Assembly: GCA_964016885.1 (NCBI GenBank)
Contig: OZ024763.1
Coordinates: 23,994,001-24,058,000, forward strand
DNA: 64,000 bases
Source: Eledone cirrhosa
Lineage: Eukaryota
Reading direction: 5' to 3'
The notes below the pieces were generated by a model that worked only from the letters and a program-made list of their open reading frames with translations, did no database searches and was not told where the DNA came from. Shown here in pieces: positions 36,700-52,866 of the stretch. The position numbers were made by a program, and so were the translations under genes. Positions within the stretch are counted from its first letter, which is position 1, and each line of letters starts with the position of its first letter.

Positions 36700-39385
36700 A
36701 CACAGAGCAACATACACACACTGCACCACACATATATACACACACATAGAGCAACATACACACACTGCACCACACATATATACACACACACAGAGCAACA
36801 TACACACACTGCACCACACATATATACACACACATAGAGCAACATACACACACTGCACCACACATATATACACACACACAGAGCAACATACACACACTGC
36901 ACCACACATATATACACACACACAGAGCAACATACACACACTGCACCACACATATATACACACACACAGAGCAACATACACACACTGCACCACACATATG
37001 TACACACACACAGAGCAATATCCACACACTGCACCACACATATATACACACACACAGAGCAACATACACACACTGCACCACACATATATACACACACACA
37101 GAGCAACATACACACACTGCACCACACATATATACACACACACAGAGCAACATACACACACTGCACCACACATATGTACACACACACAGAGCAACATACA
37201 CACACTGCACCACACATATACACACACACAGAGCAACATACACACACTGCACCGCACATATATACACACACACATAGCAACATACACACACTGCACCACA
37301 CATATATACACACACAGAGCAACATACACACACTGCACCACACATATATACACACACACAGAGCAACATACACACACTGCACCACACATATATACACACA
37401 CACAGAGCAACATACACACACTGCACCACACATATATACACACACACAGAGCAACATACACACACTGCACCACACATATATACACACACACAGAGCAACA
37501 TACACACACTGCACCACACATATATACACACACACAGAGCAACATACACACACTGCACCACACATATGTACACACACACAGAGCAATATACACACACTAC
37601 ACCACACATATGTACACACACACAGAGCAATATACACACACTGCACCACACATATATACACACACACAGAGCAACATACACACACTGCACCACACATATG
37701 TACACACACACAGAGCAATATACACACACTGCACCACACATATATACACACACACAGAGCAACATACACACACTGCACCACACATATATACACACACACA
37801 GAGCAACATACACACACTGCACCACACATATGTACACACACACACAGAGCAATATACACACACTGCACCACACATATATACACACACACAGAGCAACATA
37901 CACACACTGCACCACACATATATACACACACACAGAGCAACATACACACACTGCACCACACATATACACACACACAGAGCAACATATACACACTGCACCG
38001 CACATATATACACACACAGAGCAACATACACACATAGAGCAACATACACACACTGCACCACACATATATACACACACATAGAGCAACATACACACACTGC
38101 ACCACACACATATACACACACACACAGCAACATACACACACTGCACCACACATATATACACACACACAGAGCAACATACACACACATATACACACACACA
38201 AAGCAACATACACACACTGCACCGCACATATATACACACACACATAGCAACATACACACACTGCACCACACATATATACACACACAGAGCAACATACACA
38301 CACTGCACCACACATATATACACACACACAGAGCAACATACACACACTGCACCACACATATACACACACACAGAGCAACATACAGACACTGCACCACACA
38401 TATATACACACACACACAGCAACATACACACACTGCACCACACATATATACACACACACAGAGCAACATACACACACTGCACCACAAATATATACACACA
38501 CAGAGCAACATATACACACTGCACCACACATATATACACACACAGAGCAACATACACACACTGCACCACACATATATACACACACACACTGCACCACACA
38601 TATATACACACACACAGAGCAAAATACACACACTGCACCACACATATATACACACACAGAGCAACATACACACACTGCACCACACATATATACACACACA
38701 GAGCAACATACACACACTGCACCACACATATATACACACACACAGAGCAACATACACACACTGCACCACACATATATACACACACAGAGCAACATACACA
38801 CACTGCACCACACATATATACACACACACAGAGCAACATACACACATAGAGCAACATACACACACTGCACCACACACATATACACACACACAGAGCAACA
38901 TACACACACTACACCACACATACACACATACACACACTACACCACACATATAAACATACACAGAGCAACATACACACACTACACCACACATACACACATA
39001 CACACACTGCACCACACATATATACACACACAGAGCAACATACACACACTGCACCACACATATATACACACACAGAGCAACATACACACACTGCACCACA
39101 CATATATACACACACACAGAGCAACATACACACACTGCACCACACATATATACACACACACAGAGCAACATACACACATAGAGCAACATACACACACTGC
39201 ACCACACACACAAAGCAACATACACACACTGCACCACACATACACACACTGCACCACACACACACACTACACCGCACATAAATATACACAGAGCAACATA
39301 CACACACTGCACCACACATACACACACCCACAGAGCAACATAGACACACTACACCACACATATACACACACAGAGCAACATACAT
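36700..39385. repeat. ~44-bp (CA)-rich minisatellite, ~60 copies
   Basis: Unit cagagcaacatacacacactgcaccacacatatatacacacaca. Confidence 0.95.
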
Positions 39386-39599
39386 ACACACACACAATCA
39401 TACACACGTGCACAGATAAGCCATCGAAGAAATACAGAGATGCAGTCTGCAGTTCTGAACCACACCCTTTCCCCTAGGGACACATACTCATCCCTACCCT
39501 CACAGACACACACGCACATACATACGTACACAGATACACACATACATAGACACAGACACACAGACATACATACACACACACAGATACAGACAGACACAC

Positions 39600-40360
39600 A
39601 GACACACTTAAGAGACACACAGACACACTTAAGACATGCAGACAAAGTTAATACACACAGAGACACACTTAAGACACACCTAAGACACTCTTAAGATACA
39701 CAGACAAACTTAAGACACACTTACAACACACCTAATACACTCTTAAGATACACAGACAAACTTAAGACACACTTACAACACACCTAATACACTCTTAAGA
39801 TACACAGACAAACTTAAGACACACTTACAACACACCTAAGACACACTTACAACACACCTAATACACTCTTAAGATACACAGACAAACTTAAGACACACTT
39901 ACAACACACCTAAGACACACTTACAACACACCTAATACACTCTTAAGATACACAGACAAACTTAAGACACACAACACACCAACGACACACTTAGGATGCA
40001 CAGACAAACTTAAAGACACACACAGACACAGTTAAGACACACACAGACATATTTAAGACACACACACAGACATATTTAAGACACACATAGACACACTTAA
40101 GACACACATAGACACAGCTAAGACACACACAGACGCATATTTAAGACACACACACAGACATATTTAAGACACACACAGACACATATTTAAGACACACACA
40201 GACATATTTAAGACAGACACAGACACACTTAAAACACACACATACACAGTTAAGACATACACATACTCAAGACACACAGAGACACACTGACACAATTAAG
40301 ACACTGGCACACACATACTTAAGACATACAGTCACACACTGACACATTTAAGACACAGAG
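39600..40360. repeat. ttaagacacac-based minisatellite
   Basis: Direct reading. Confidence 0.85.
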
Positions 40361-40606
40361 AGTCACACACACACACAACAATAATTGTTACTACTTTTGG
40401 CACAAGGCCAGCAATTACCCCAGTGTATTACTGGTACTGTATTTCATGGCCCCTGAGAATTGGTAGGTCAATGAAGATATATGGTGATATATATATATAG
40501 ACAGGGAGAGAGAGAGAGAGAGAGAGAACAAGAGAGAGAGAGAGAGATAAGAGAGTAAGAGAGAGAGAGATAAGAAGAGAGAGGGAGAGATAACGAGAGA
40601 CTGAGA

Positions 40607-40671
<65 letters not shown>

Positions 40672-40813
40672 TGGTCAGAAAGACAGAGAGAAAGTATACA
40701 TAGATAGCAGGATATATTTATATACACCATGTCCCCCCAAAATGTATACACAGTACAAGAGCATCCTAATAAATATGTGTATACATATTTTAAGACACAC
40801 AGACACACACACG

Positions 40814-40864
<51 letters not shown>

Positions 40865-41199
40865 CATATCATCATACTCAGCATCAGTTAACAGATATAG
40901 ACACTACACGAGCATTCTATTAAATATGTGTATACATATTTTGGGGACAACCTATGTATATATATATGTATATATATATATTTACATACATATAATCATC
41001 ATACTCAACGTCTATTAACATCTATGTATGTATATATGTATGAATATGTATGTGATATATATATATATATGTGTGTGTATGGATATATGTGTATGCATAT
41101 ATATGTGTGTGTGTATATATGTGTGTGTGTGTATAGATATGTGTGTGTGTGTGTGTGTGCGCATATATACGTGTGTGTGTGTGTGTGTGTGTGTGTATC

Positions 41200-41230
<31 letters not shown>

Positions 41231-41233
41231 AAG

Positions 41234-41364
<131 letters not shown>

Positions 41365-41463
41365 GAGAAAGACTGTGTATATATATATACATGTATCAGA
41401 AAGAGTGTGTGTGTATATATATATATATATGTATATATATGAGAAAGTGTGTGTGTGTATGTG

Positions 41464-41498
<35 letters not shown>

Positions 41499-41570
41499 GA
41501 GAATGACTGTGTATGTATATATATATAGCAGAAAGAGAGTGTGTGTATGTGTATATATATATGAGAAAGA

Positions 41571-41606
<36 letters not shown>

Positions 41607-41805
41607 AAGAGTGTGTGTGTATGTGTATATATATATATATATGTGTATATATATGAGAATGACTGTGTATGTATATATATAGCAGAAAGAGAGTGTGTGT
41701 GTGTGTGTGTGTATATATATATGAGAATGACTGTGTGTATATATATATATATATATATATGAGAATGACTGTGTATGTATATATATATATATATAGCAGA
41801 AAGAG

Positions 41806-41856
<51 letters not shown>

Positions 41857-41978
41857 GAGAATGACTGTGTATGTATATATATATATAGCAGAAAGAGCGT
41901 GTTTGTGTATATATATATATATATATATATAAGTATTGACTGTGTATGTATATATATATATATATAGCAGAAACAGAG

Positions 41979-42013
<35 letters not shown>

Positions 42014-42232
42014 GAGAATGACTGTGTATGTATGTATATATATATATAGCAAAAAGAGAGTATGTGTGTATGTATATATATATATATGAGAAAGATAAGC
42101 AGACAATGTAACTTCTCCATTTTCTTGGCATTATTCCAACCATTTTCTAAGCTTCAGTGTCAAATGGTTATTTCAAACAAGCAGCAAAACTTGACTTTCC
42201 AATGTTTTCTGTCTGAATCTATCTAGGCCTCT

Positions 42233-42328
<96 letters not shown>

Positions 42329-42387
42329 ATGATGTAGCAAAATTTGACTTTCCAATGTTTTCTGTCTGTATCTATCTAGGCCTCTAC

Positions 42388-42455
<68 letters not shown>

Positions 42456-42569
42456 ATGATGTATGTATATATATATGTAATCTCACCCATGGTAGCATGG
42501 AAAATGGACGTTAAACGATGATGATACATATATGTAATGTATGTGTGTGTGTGTATATATATATATGTC

Positions 42570-42625
<56 letters not shown>

Positions 42626-42715
42626 AGTGTGTGTGTATATATATATATTTATATATGTGTGTCAGTGTGTGTGTATATATATATATTTATATATATATAT
42701 GTGTGTCAGTGTGTG

Positions 42716-42798
<83 letters not shown>

Positions 42799-42841
42799 AT
42801 GTATATATATATATATATATGTGTGTGTATGTATGTATGTA

Positions 42842-43112
42842 GAGTGGGACTGGCTTTGTGTAGTGCCTTTGCTCACTATAAAAGCTTCACGGCACAGGCA
42901 TTGTTTTATATCTGGAGATCTCTCTGCACTTGTCGTCACATGCTACCATGGGCCCAGCACTATGTGTCAATAATTGTCACAAGTGTAGTGTTTGTACCAG
43001 AGTTTTCAAGTCGCTTGTTGGACTAAAAAGTCACACTCGTAGTGGTTCGGTAGGGGTTTTCCTACATGGATATAAAGTAGTGGCCGTACTCGAAAACGAG
43101 TTGGCAGCCACC
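42842..43112 (+). mobile_element. RTE-BovB-like 3' end with a C2H2 motif, abutting (TA)n
   Basis: Encodes [22 protein letters not shown] and ends ggccgtactcgaaaacgagttggcagccacc|atata. Second copy at 24906; related stub at ~57958. Confidence 0.65.
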
Positions 43113-43139
43113 ATATATATACATATATATATATATATC

Positions 43140-43355
43140 ATCACCATCATCATCATTGTTTAATGTCCATCTTCCACGCTAGCATGGGTTAGACAGTTTT
43201 GTTCTATTTGATACGGGAAGGGCCAAGAGACCGTGTCTCGCTCATACGGAAGTGTCTCTGGCAGGTTTTCTATGGCTGGATGCCCTTCCTAACATCAACC
43301 ACCTTACAGTGTGGACTGGGAGCCTTTTTACCATGTCTCCTACACAACCACTTTA
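43140..43355 (-). mobile_element. SINE-A-related or RTE-UTR 3' fragment
   Basis: ctggatgcccttcctaac motif plus tail. Confidence 0.7.
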
Positions 43356-43523
43356 TGGCTTTATAAATATTATGGCTTTATAAATAGTTTCCATCTATTA
43401 ATATATTGAATATTTACTCCAGTATACTGTTGAGTGCTTTATAACAGTTATAAACTTTTAAGCTTGTTGGAATCCCAACAAATTAAATTTAACTTCTGAA
43501 AATATATATACATATATATATAC

Positions 43524-43562
<39 letters not shown>

Positions 43563-43730
43563 TCATCATCACCTTTTTACGTCGATGTCTACATGCTAGC
43601 ATGGGTTAGATGGGTTGTCCTGTTGTGGGCAATGCCAGGTCAGGTGATCATGTCATGCTCATACAGGACTGATTTTGGCTCGGTTTCTACAGCAGGATGT
43701 CCTTCCTAACATCAACCTCATTTATAGTGA
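43563..43730 (-). mobile_element. SINE family A long-tail 3' fragment
   Basis: Matches 53622-53790. Confidence 0.75.
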
Positions 43731-43832
43731 CTATATATATATAACTATATATATATATATTAGTATTGGTGCTCTGAAATAGTGATGTATATATGAATGT
43801 ATGTATAGTATATTTGGCAATATACTGTATGT

Positions 43833-43988
43833 TTAATTAAAATCATTTTGAAGACCATTCGCTATGAGTTTTAAAGTAGTGACTACGTCACTTACTTAGT
43901 CTCGGCAACAGTAAAGGGGGCTGAGACTAAGTGACATAGTCACTACTTTAAAACTCATAGCGAATGGTCTTTAAAATGTTTTTAATTA
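43833..43988. repeat. Inverted repeat with ~70-bp arms
   Basis: aagaccattcgctatgagttttaaagtagtgacta pairs with tagtcactactttaaaactcatagcgaatggtctt. Confidence 0.9.
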
Positions 43989-43997
43989 TTTATATAT

Positions 43998-44804
<807 letters not shown>

Positions 44805-44809
<5 letters not shown>

Positions 44810-44930
44810 GTTTCTACTTTTGGCACAAGGCCAGCAATTACCCAGTGCATTACTGGTACTTTATTTTATCGACCCCGTAAGGATGGCAAGGGCCGTAACT
44901 CTATATGTCAAAGCATGCCAATCCACCGCC
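44805..44930 (-). mobile_element. SINE family B with an internal deletion
   Basis: Reverse complement of the tail and head segments. Confidence 0.8.
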
Positions 44931-45234
44931 CTATATATATATAAATAATATAATATATACAGATATGTGCATATATGTATGTATGTATGTATGTATATTT
45001 TTATATGTATATATATATATGTGTATGTGTGTGTGTGTGTATTTCCTTTTCTCACTAGTCAGTTCTTTCGTTGCTACAGATCACGCGGCTAAATTAGCAG
45101 TTGCTATTTTCAATTTGCAAAGCCCTTTAAACTGTAGGTTATTACTCTGAGGTTTATTCCTTGTCGAGTGCTTGGCTCCACTACTGAAGGCATTCGTTGG
45201 CTTGGCTGCTGATCGAACTTCGAATATGCTGTAC

Positions 45235-45278
<44 letters not shown>

Positions 45279-45281
45279 ATA

Positions 45282-45460
45282 TATTTATTAAAATAACAGA
45301 TTAAAGTTTAAGCAAAGATCGCTGCTTTCACCCTTAACGGGATCTTAAACTTTAATCTGTTATTTTAATAAATATTTGCTCTACGGTTCTTATATATTTG
45401 ATATATATTTATTCTTATCGAGCCCTCTTTGGATTTTAGTCTTCAAATTTATTATTACTA
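45282..45460 (+). mobile_element. Fold-back repeat in (TA)n; other copies at 48280-48405 (-) and 51010-51100 (+)
   Basis: atatttattaaaataacagattaaagtttaag pairs with cttaaactttaatctgttattttaataaatat. The downstream segment recurs elsewhere in the window. Confidence 0.65.
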
Positions 45461-45537
45461 TATATATATATATATATAGACACACACACACACACATACA
45501 CATATATATATATACACACACATATATATCTACACAT

Positions 45538-45586
<49 letters not shown>

Positions 45587-45773
45587 TTTATATATATACA
45601 GTATATATATATATACACACACACACATACACATATATATATACACACACACACACATACACACATATATATATACACACACACACACACATATATATAT
45701 GCACACACACACACATATATATATATATATACACACACACACTTATATATGTATATATAAATACATATATATA

Positions 45774-45804
<31 letters not shown>

Positions 45805-46034
45805 GTATACATCTATATATGCATATACATATATTTATAATTATCTATGTACCTGTGTGTGTGTGCGTACATGCATGTGTGATCATCATCATATAATGTT
45901 CGCTTTTCCTATAGAAAAGGTTAGACATGTCATCCTTGACCTAGTCACTATGTAGTCAGGGTTACTGACCTCTCCGACAGTGTGGAGGAGGACTGCATCT
46001 TGCTTACATATGTTCCTGCATTCTATAGAGTGTA

Positions 46035-46640
46035 ATGGATGCATTTTATCACAACAAAAACACCAGATTTTCTCTTTTCAATTGCCAACCACTTTACAGA
46101 GTGTACTGGGTGCATTTTATCATGACACCAACACCAGAATCACCAACCACTTTACAGGGTGTACTGGGTGTATTCTATCATGACACTAACACCAGATTTT
46201 CTCTTTTCAATTGCCAACCACTTTACAGGGTGTACTGGGTGCATTTTATAATGACACCAACACCAAATAGGCTCCTTTCATTTGCCAATATTTTACAAAG
46301 TGTATTAGGTGCATTTTATCATGGCATCACCACCAGAATAGCCTCCTTTCATTTGCCAACTACTTTACAGTGTGTACTGGGTATATTTTATCATGGAATC
46401 ACCAACCACATTACAGGGTGTACTGGGTGCATTCTATCATGGCACCAACACCAGAATAGCCTCCTTTTATTTGCCAACTACTTTACAGTGTGTACTGGGT
46501 GTATTTTATCATGGAATCACCAACCACATTACAGGGTGTACTGGGTGCATTCTATTATGGCACCAACACCAGATAGTCTCCTTTCATTTCCCAATACTTT
46601 ACAGAGTGCGGTAAGTGCATTTAATGAAGGCAACCAGTAC
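46035..46640. repeat. Degenerate tandem array of a SINE/RTE-UTR motif
   Basis: ccaaccactttacagggtgtactgggtgcatt repeated about 9 times. Confidence 0.8.
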
Positions 46641-47436
46641 TAGAAATGAGGCCATTTCCCAGACATGACTCAAAAGACCTCTGCACCATAAATATAATTT
46701 AAATATAATTTAAGAGAACATTCTGCTCTAAATGTTATTTTAAAAAAGAGAACTTTCATTTCATTTTTCCCAATCTTTATCTTTGTCAACAATGGTTAGC
46801 AGATAAGGTACCAGATAGTGCTAAAATTTAATGTACACACCCGGCCCTAACCCACAAAACCCACCCCATTCCTACCATTACTAAAATGTTGATCACTGAA
46901 CCACTACTAAAAATCCCCCCCCCCCCCCAAGAAATATTTATATAACTATCTCTTCATATATATATATAGATATATATATATATATACACACACACAGAGA
47001 AAGAGAGAAAAATTTATATAAATATCTATCTATATATCTATATATATATATATAAAGAGAGATATTTATATAAATATCTATATATCTATCTATAGATATA
47101 TATATACAGACACACACATATACCCATATATATCTATATACATCTATATATATACATATCTTTATATATGGGTGTGCGTGTATGTGCGTCTATATATATA
47201 TATATGTGTGTGTATGTATGTATATATGTATGTTTGGCATGGTGCCTCCAGAAAGAAATTGACAGTAGATAACTATCTCTTTGAAAATATATCAATTTCA
47301 TTTCTAAGATAATATCAAATCTATCTTATATTGTGTGTGATTTATATACACACATTAGATAGATAACTGATATACAGATTAATGTGTGTATATATATGTG
47401 TGTGTGTGTATACTTACATTATATATATATATATAT

Positions 47437-47777
47437 GGAGGCACATGGCTTAGTGGTTAGAGCATTGGCCTTGCAATCGAAAGGTTGTGAGTTCAATTCT
47501 CAGACCGGTGATGTGTTGTTTCCTTGAGCAAGACACTTTATTTCACATTGCTCCAGTTTACTCAGCTGTAGAAATGAGATGATAGGGACTGGGGTCCCTA
47601 TCATTCCACTGCAAAGTGGTTGTGGAGGTGCCACGGCAAAAAAGCACCCAGCACTCACTGTAAATGAGGTTGGTGTTAGGAAGGGTATCCAGCTGTAGAA
47701 ATCAAGCCAGAATCAGTTCCCGTCCCACCCTTGCAAGCAGGGAAAAGCGGACGTAAAATGATGATGATGATGATGAT
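47437..47777 (+). mobile_element. SINE family A, full length
   Basis: Nearly identical to 30835-31168; inserted in (TA)n. Confidence 0.9.
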
Positions 47778-47879
47778 ATATATATATATATATACACATA
47801 TACAAATGAATATATGATAAACACTAATACAAGTATATAAGTGTTTGTATTGCAAATGACCATATATAATTATATTAAA

Positions 47880-48222
47880 CAGTGGACCATTGGTTCACGA
47901 ACTTAATTCATTCCTAAAGGCCGTTGCTCATCTGAAATGTTTGTAAACCAAAATTATTTCCCCCATATGAAATGTTGAGAGAGAAATACAGTGAGAGAGA
48001 GAGAGACAGTCTGAAAGGCAGATAGATATCACCACAGTAAGTAACTACACAGCAAGCAAAGCTTTCTGGCCGGTACTCCCAGCTTGTTGCCAACCATTGT
48101 TGCCAGCTTGCGTGTTCATTACTCGCGACAGCATTCGTCAACGAAGACGTTTTATGTTCGGAAAAATCGTTCATGAACCAATTTGTATGTGCTGAGAGAC
48201 GTTTGGGAACCGAAGTTCCACA

Positions 48223-48223
<1 letters not shown>
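47880..48223. mobile_element. Tigger/pogo-like non-autonomous DNA transposon
   Basis: Imperfect TIRs cagtggaccattggttc and gaaccgaagttccacag, followed by TA. Confidence 0.6.
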
Positions 48224-48267
<44 letters not shown>

Positions 48268-48419
48268 TATATATACATATAGTAATAATAACAAATGCAA
48301 AGACTAAAATCCGAAGATGGCTCAATAAGGATAATATATATATAAAAATATATAAAAACTGTAGAGCAAATATTTATTAAAATAACAGATTAAAGTTTAA
48401 GCAAAGGCTTATATATATG

Positions 48420-48922
48420 TAAAGTGGATGTGTAAAATACACAGCAAAAAGCACCCAGCCTACACTGTAAATGTGGTTGGCGTTAGGAAGGGCATCCAGC
48501 CATAGAAAACCAGCCAGAAACTCCCTTATATGAGTGAAACATGGTCACTCAACACAACTTGGTTCAAAATAGGACCTGTCTAACCCATGCTAGCGTAGAA
48601 GATGGACGTTAATCGATGATGATGATGATATATATAATTTATGTATATGTATATCCAGGCCGAAACAAATGAGATCGTGTAGGTGTCATGACAAAAAAAC
48701 ACACAGTCCACGCTGTAATGTGGCCGTGTAGGCAACACGGTAAAAACCTCCCAGCCCCACACTGTAAATGTGGTTGGTGTTAGGAAGGGCATCCAGCTGT
48801 AGAAAACCCGCCAGACAGTCCTATGCGAGCAAGACAACCACTCTTGCCTCAAGTGGGAAAACTCCCGTCCAAACCCACGCAAGCGTGGAACATGGACGTT
48901 AAACGATGATGATGATGATGAT
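48420..48922 (+). mobile_element. Two consecutive 3' UTR fragments of SINE-domain RTE families
   Basis: 48420-48628 resembles 53395-53605; 48655-48922 resembles 24605-24880. Confidence 0.75.
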
Positions 48923-48934
48923 GAATGTGTTATC

Positions 48935-49345
48935 ATGATCATCTTCATCATTTTAAGTCTGCTTTTCCATGCTTGAATGGGTTGGACAGATGTTTTTCCA
49001 CACAGCATCTCTCTCCACTTGTTACGGTCATTTGTCATCTCCTCTGTGAGCTTCAGTGATTTGAGATCAGCTCTCACCACCTTCACCTAGATCTTCCTTG
49101 GTCTTCCTTTAGTGTGGCTTCCTTCCACTGAGATTTCTTGGCACTTCAGCCAACAATCAACATCTATAAGTATCACATGTTCATACCAGTGCAATCTCCT
49201 CTCCTACAACTACATCTGATTCCAGTTCACCAAATTTTCTCTCTCAGTTAACCTATATATTTTCATTCACACACATTAACATTGCACATCCATCAAAGCA
49301 CGCTCACATATTTCGCATCTCCTCTGCTTTCACTACCAATGTCTC
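48935..49345 (-). mobile_element. Degenerate RTE 3' fragment
   Basis: GRPRKI*VKVVRADLKSLKLTEEMTNDRNKWRE. Confidence 0.8.
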
Positions 49346-49372
49346 ATTAATATGCTGGCTCGAGACAACCTT

Positions 49373-50110
49373 TAGCCCTGTGATGGACTGGTGTCCTGTC
49401 CAGGGGGGGGGTCAAGCACTCTCAATTGATTAGCGCCACAGAAACTGGGATAATCAATGTCTTGATGAGCCTCCAAGCCTGAGAGATGTTAACCCTGTGA
49501 TGGACTGGTGTCCTGTCCAGGGGGAGGTCAAGCACTCTCAATTGATTAGCGCCACAGAAACTGGGATAATCAATGTCCTGATGAGCCTCCAAGCCTGAGA
49601 GATGTTAATCCTGTGATGGACTGGTGTCCTGTCCAGGGGGAGGTCAAGCACTCTCAATTGATTAGCGCCACAGAAACTGGGATAATCAATGTCCTGATGA
49701 GCCTCCAAGCCTGAGAGATGTTAACCCTGTCATGGACTGGTGTCCTGTCCAGGGGAAGGTCAAGCACTCTCAATTGATTAGCGCCACAGAAACTGGGATA
49801 ATCAATGTCCTGATGAGCCTCCAAGCCTGAGAGATGTTAACCCTGTGATGGACTGGTGTCCTGTCCAGGGGGGAGGTCAAGCACTCTCAATTGATTAGCG
49901 CCACAGAAACTGGGATAATCAATGTCCTGATGAGCCTCCAAGCCTGAGAGATGTTAATCCTGTGATGGACTGGTGTCCTGTCCAGGGGGAGGTCAAGCAC
50001 TCTCAATTGATTAGCGCCACAGAAACTGGGATAATCAATGTCCTGATGAGCCTCCAAGCCTGAGAGATGTTAATCCTGTGATGGACTGGAGTCCTGTCCA
50101 GGGGAAGGTT
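49373..50110 (+). repeat. 116-bp tandem array (~6.3 copies) of the SINE family C 3' domain
   Basis: aaYcctgtSatggactgg at 49491, 49607, 49723, 49839, 49956 and 50072. Confidence 0.9.
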
Positions 50111-50250
50111 AAGACAGTCTTTAGACTTTTGCATATATATCTGTAGTAGATCCAGGTATTATTACAATCCATGTATCATCACTCAGAGAGAGAACACTTT
50201 TGTTACCATCAGAGATAGTAGCACTGATATATATATATATATATATATAT

Positions 50251-50961
50251 AAAGTAAAACCTACTACAGTCAGTAGGCACCTCTAACAAAATACACCCCC
50301 GTCCCACCCCATCCACACCGCCCCTTTCAATGTATAGTTATGTTGGTGCCACAACATCCAGGCCGAAACAAATGAGATCGTGTAGCTGTCACGACAAAAA
50401 AAAACACAGTCCACGCTGTAAATGTGGCCGTGTAGGCAACACGGTAAAAACCTCTCAGCCCCACACTGTAAATGTGGTTGGTGTTAGGAAGGGCATCCAG
50501 CTGTAGAAAACCCGCCAGACAGTCCACGCTGTAATGTGGCCGTGTAAGCAACACGGTAAAAACCTCCCAACCCCACACTGTAAATGTAGTTGGTGTTAGG
50601 AAGGGCATCCAGCTGTAGAAAACCCGCCAGACAGTCCACGCTGTAATGTGGCCGTGTAGGCAACAAGGTAAAAACCTCCCAGCCCCACACTGTAAATGTG
50701 GTTGGTGTTAGGAAGGGCATCCAGCTGTAGAAAACCCGCCAGACAGTCCACGCTGTAATGTGGCCATGTAGGCAACACGGTAAAAACCTCCCAGCCCCAC
50801 ACTGTAAATGTGGTTGGTGTTAGGAAGGGCATGCATTCTGTAGAAAACCCGCCAGACAGTCCTATGCGAGCAAGACAATCACTCTTGCCTCAAGTGGGAA
50901 AACCCCCGTCCAAACCCATGCAAGCGTGGAACACGGACGTTAAACGTTGATGATGATGATG

Positions 50962-50965
<4 letters not shown>
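50251..50965 (+). mobile_element. 3' UTR of the SINE-domain RTE with a 4x 112-bp internal tandem
   Basis: Matches 24485-24880; the ggtgttaggaagggcat block is repeated four times. Confidence 0.85.
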
Positions 50966-50993
<28 letters not shown>

Positions 50994-51333
50994 ATATATA
51001 TTTATTTATTTTTGCTCTACGCTTCTTATATATTTGATATATATTTATCCTTATTGAGCCCTCTTTGGATTTTAGTCTTCAAATTTATTATTATTACTAT
51101 ATATATATATATATATGCACACACACATATACATCTGCACACACATGTGCACAAAGAGACATCATACACACACACATACATACACATAAATGCACACACA
51201 CACACATGTACACACACATTCACATGCACAGACACTCATATACACACGCACATACACACACACATACATACACACATGCACACACGTCATACACACATGT
51301 ACACATACATGCACACACACACAGACAAACAGG

Positions 51334-51372
<39 letters not shown>

Positions 51373-52271
51373 TATATACACTAATATGCACACATACACA
51401 CACACAGACACTCATATACATACACACACACGCACACACACACACACAGACATACACACAAACACACACATGTACACAGACACACACAGTCACTAATATG
51501 CACACACACACACACACACACAGACACTCATACACACACACACACACACAAACAGACATACACACATACACACACATGTACACAGTCACTGATATGCATA
51601 CACACACACACACAGACATACACATACACACAAACAGGCATACACAGATACACACACACATATAGACACACACATATACACAGATGCACACAGATGCAGC
51701 TGAAGATTACACCAACTAATCTCAACTGCAAACATCAGATAATCTGCCACTATATGTAATACTTTACTAATCCACACAGACTTCCTCCAATCCTTCTACC
51801 TCACCACTCACATCGCTCCCCCTGTTTACATCAATTGAGGATTCCACCAACCAAGAAATCAAACGAATTCAAGACTCTCAGATGATCCTTCCAGATAAAA
51901 ATTCATCAACCATTCATCCATTTATTTATATATATATAAATTCATCTCTTTATGTATGTATGTATGTATGTATGTATGTATGTATGTATGTATGTATGTA
52001 TGTATGTATGTATGTATGTATGTATGTATGTATGTATGTATGTATGTATGTATGTATGTATGTATGTATATGTATAAATTCATTTGTTTATCTATATATA
52101 TAAATACATCTTTTATCTGTCTATCTCTATATATATACATGTGTGTATATATATATATATATATATGTGTGTATAAATTCATCTATCTATCTATATATAC
52201 ATAGAGATATATATCTCTTTATCTATCTCTCTATCTATATATATACATATGTATGTATATATATCAATTCA

Positions 52272-52302
<31 letters not shown>

Positions 52303-52364
52303 CATATTCATATATATATTGTTATTTCAGAGCACCAATTCTAATATATATATATATTTATTTT

Positions 52365-52398
<34 letters not shown>

Positions 52399-52866
52399 CA
52401 TCCATCCATCTATATATCTATGTCCCCCTCTCTCCATCTATCTATCTATTTATCCAACCATCAATCTATCCATTTAACTAATCATCCATCAGTCCATCCA
52501 TGCATCTATCTATTTACCTATCTATCTATTTACCTATCTATCTATATACCTATGTATTCAACCATCCATCTGTCTATGTATTTACCTATGTACCTACCAT
52601 CCAAACATTTGATCAACCATCCATATATCCAACTATATTTCTATCAATCTGTATACACACAAATAAACATACATATATACATATATACATATATATATAT
52701 AAATATATATATACATATATATAAACATATATAAATATATACATATATAAACATATATAAATATATACATATATACATATATACATAAATACATATATAT
52801 ATAAATATATATAAATATAAATACATATATATATAAATATATATAAATATATATATATATATATAT

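Noticed and set aside
36537-39397. ~790-aa Cys/Val- or His/Thr-rich ORFs
   Set aside because: Translations of the 44-bp (CA)-rich minisatellite.
42930-43045. C2H2 zinc-finger gene fragment
   Set aside because: A single finger at the end of a duplicated RTE-like 3' terminus, not a host ZNF array.
51780-51925. Plus-strand frame TSSNPSTSPLTSLPLFTSIEDSTNQEIKRIQDSQM after a branch point and AG
   Set aside because: No donor, it runs into microsatellite, and no partner exons were found.
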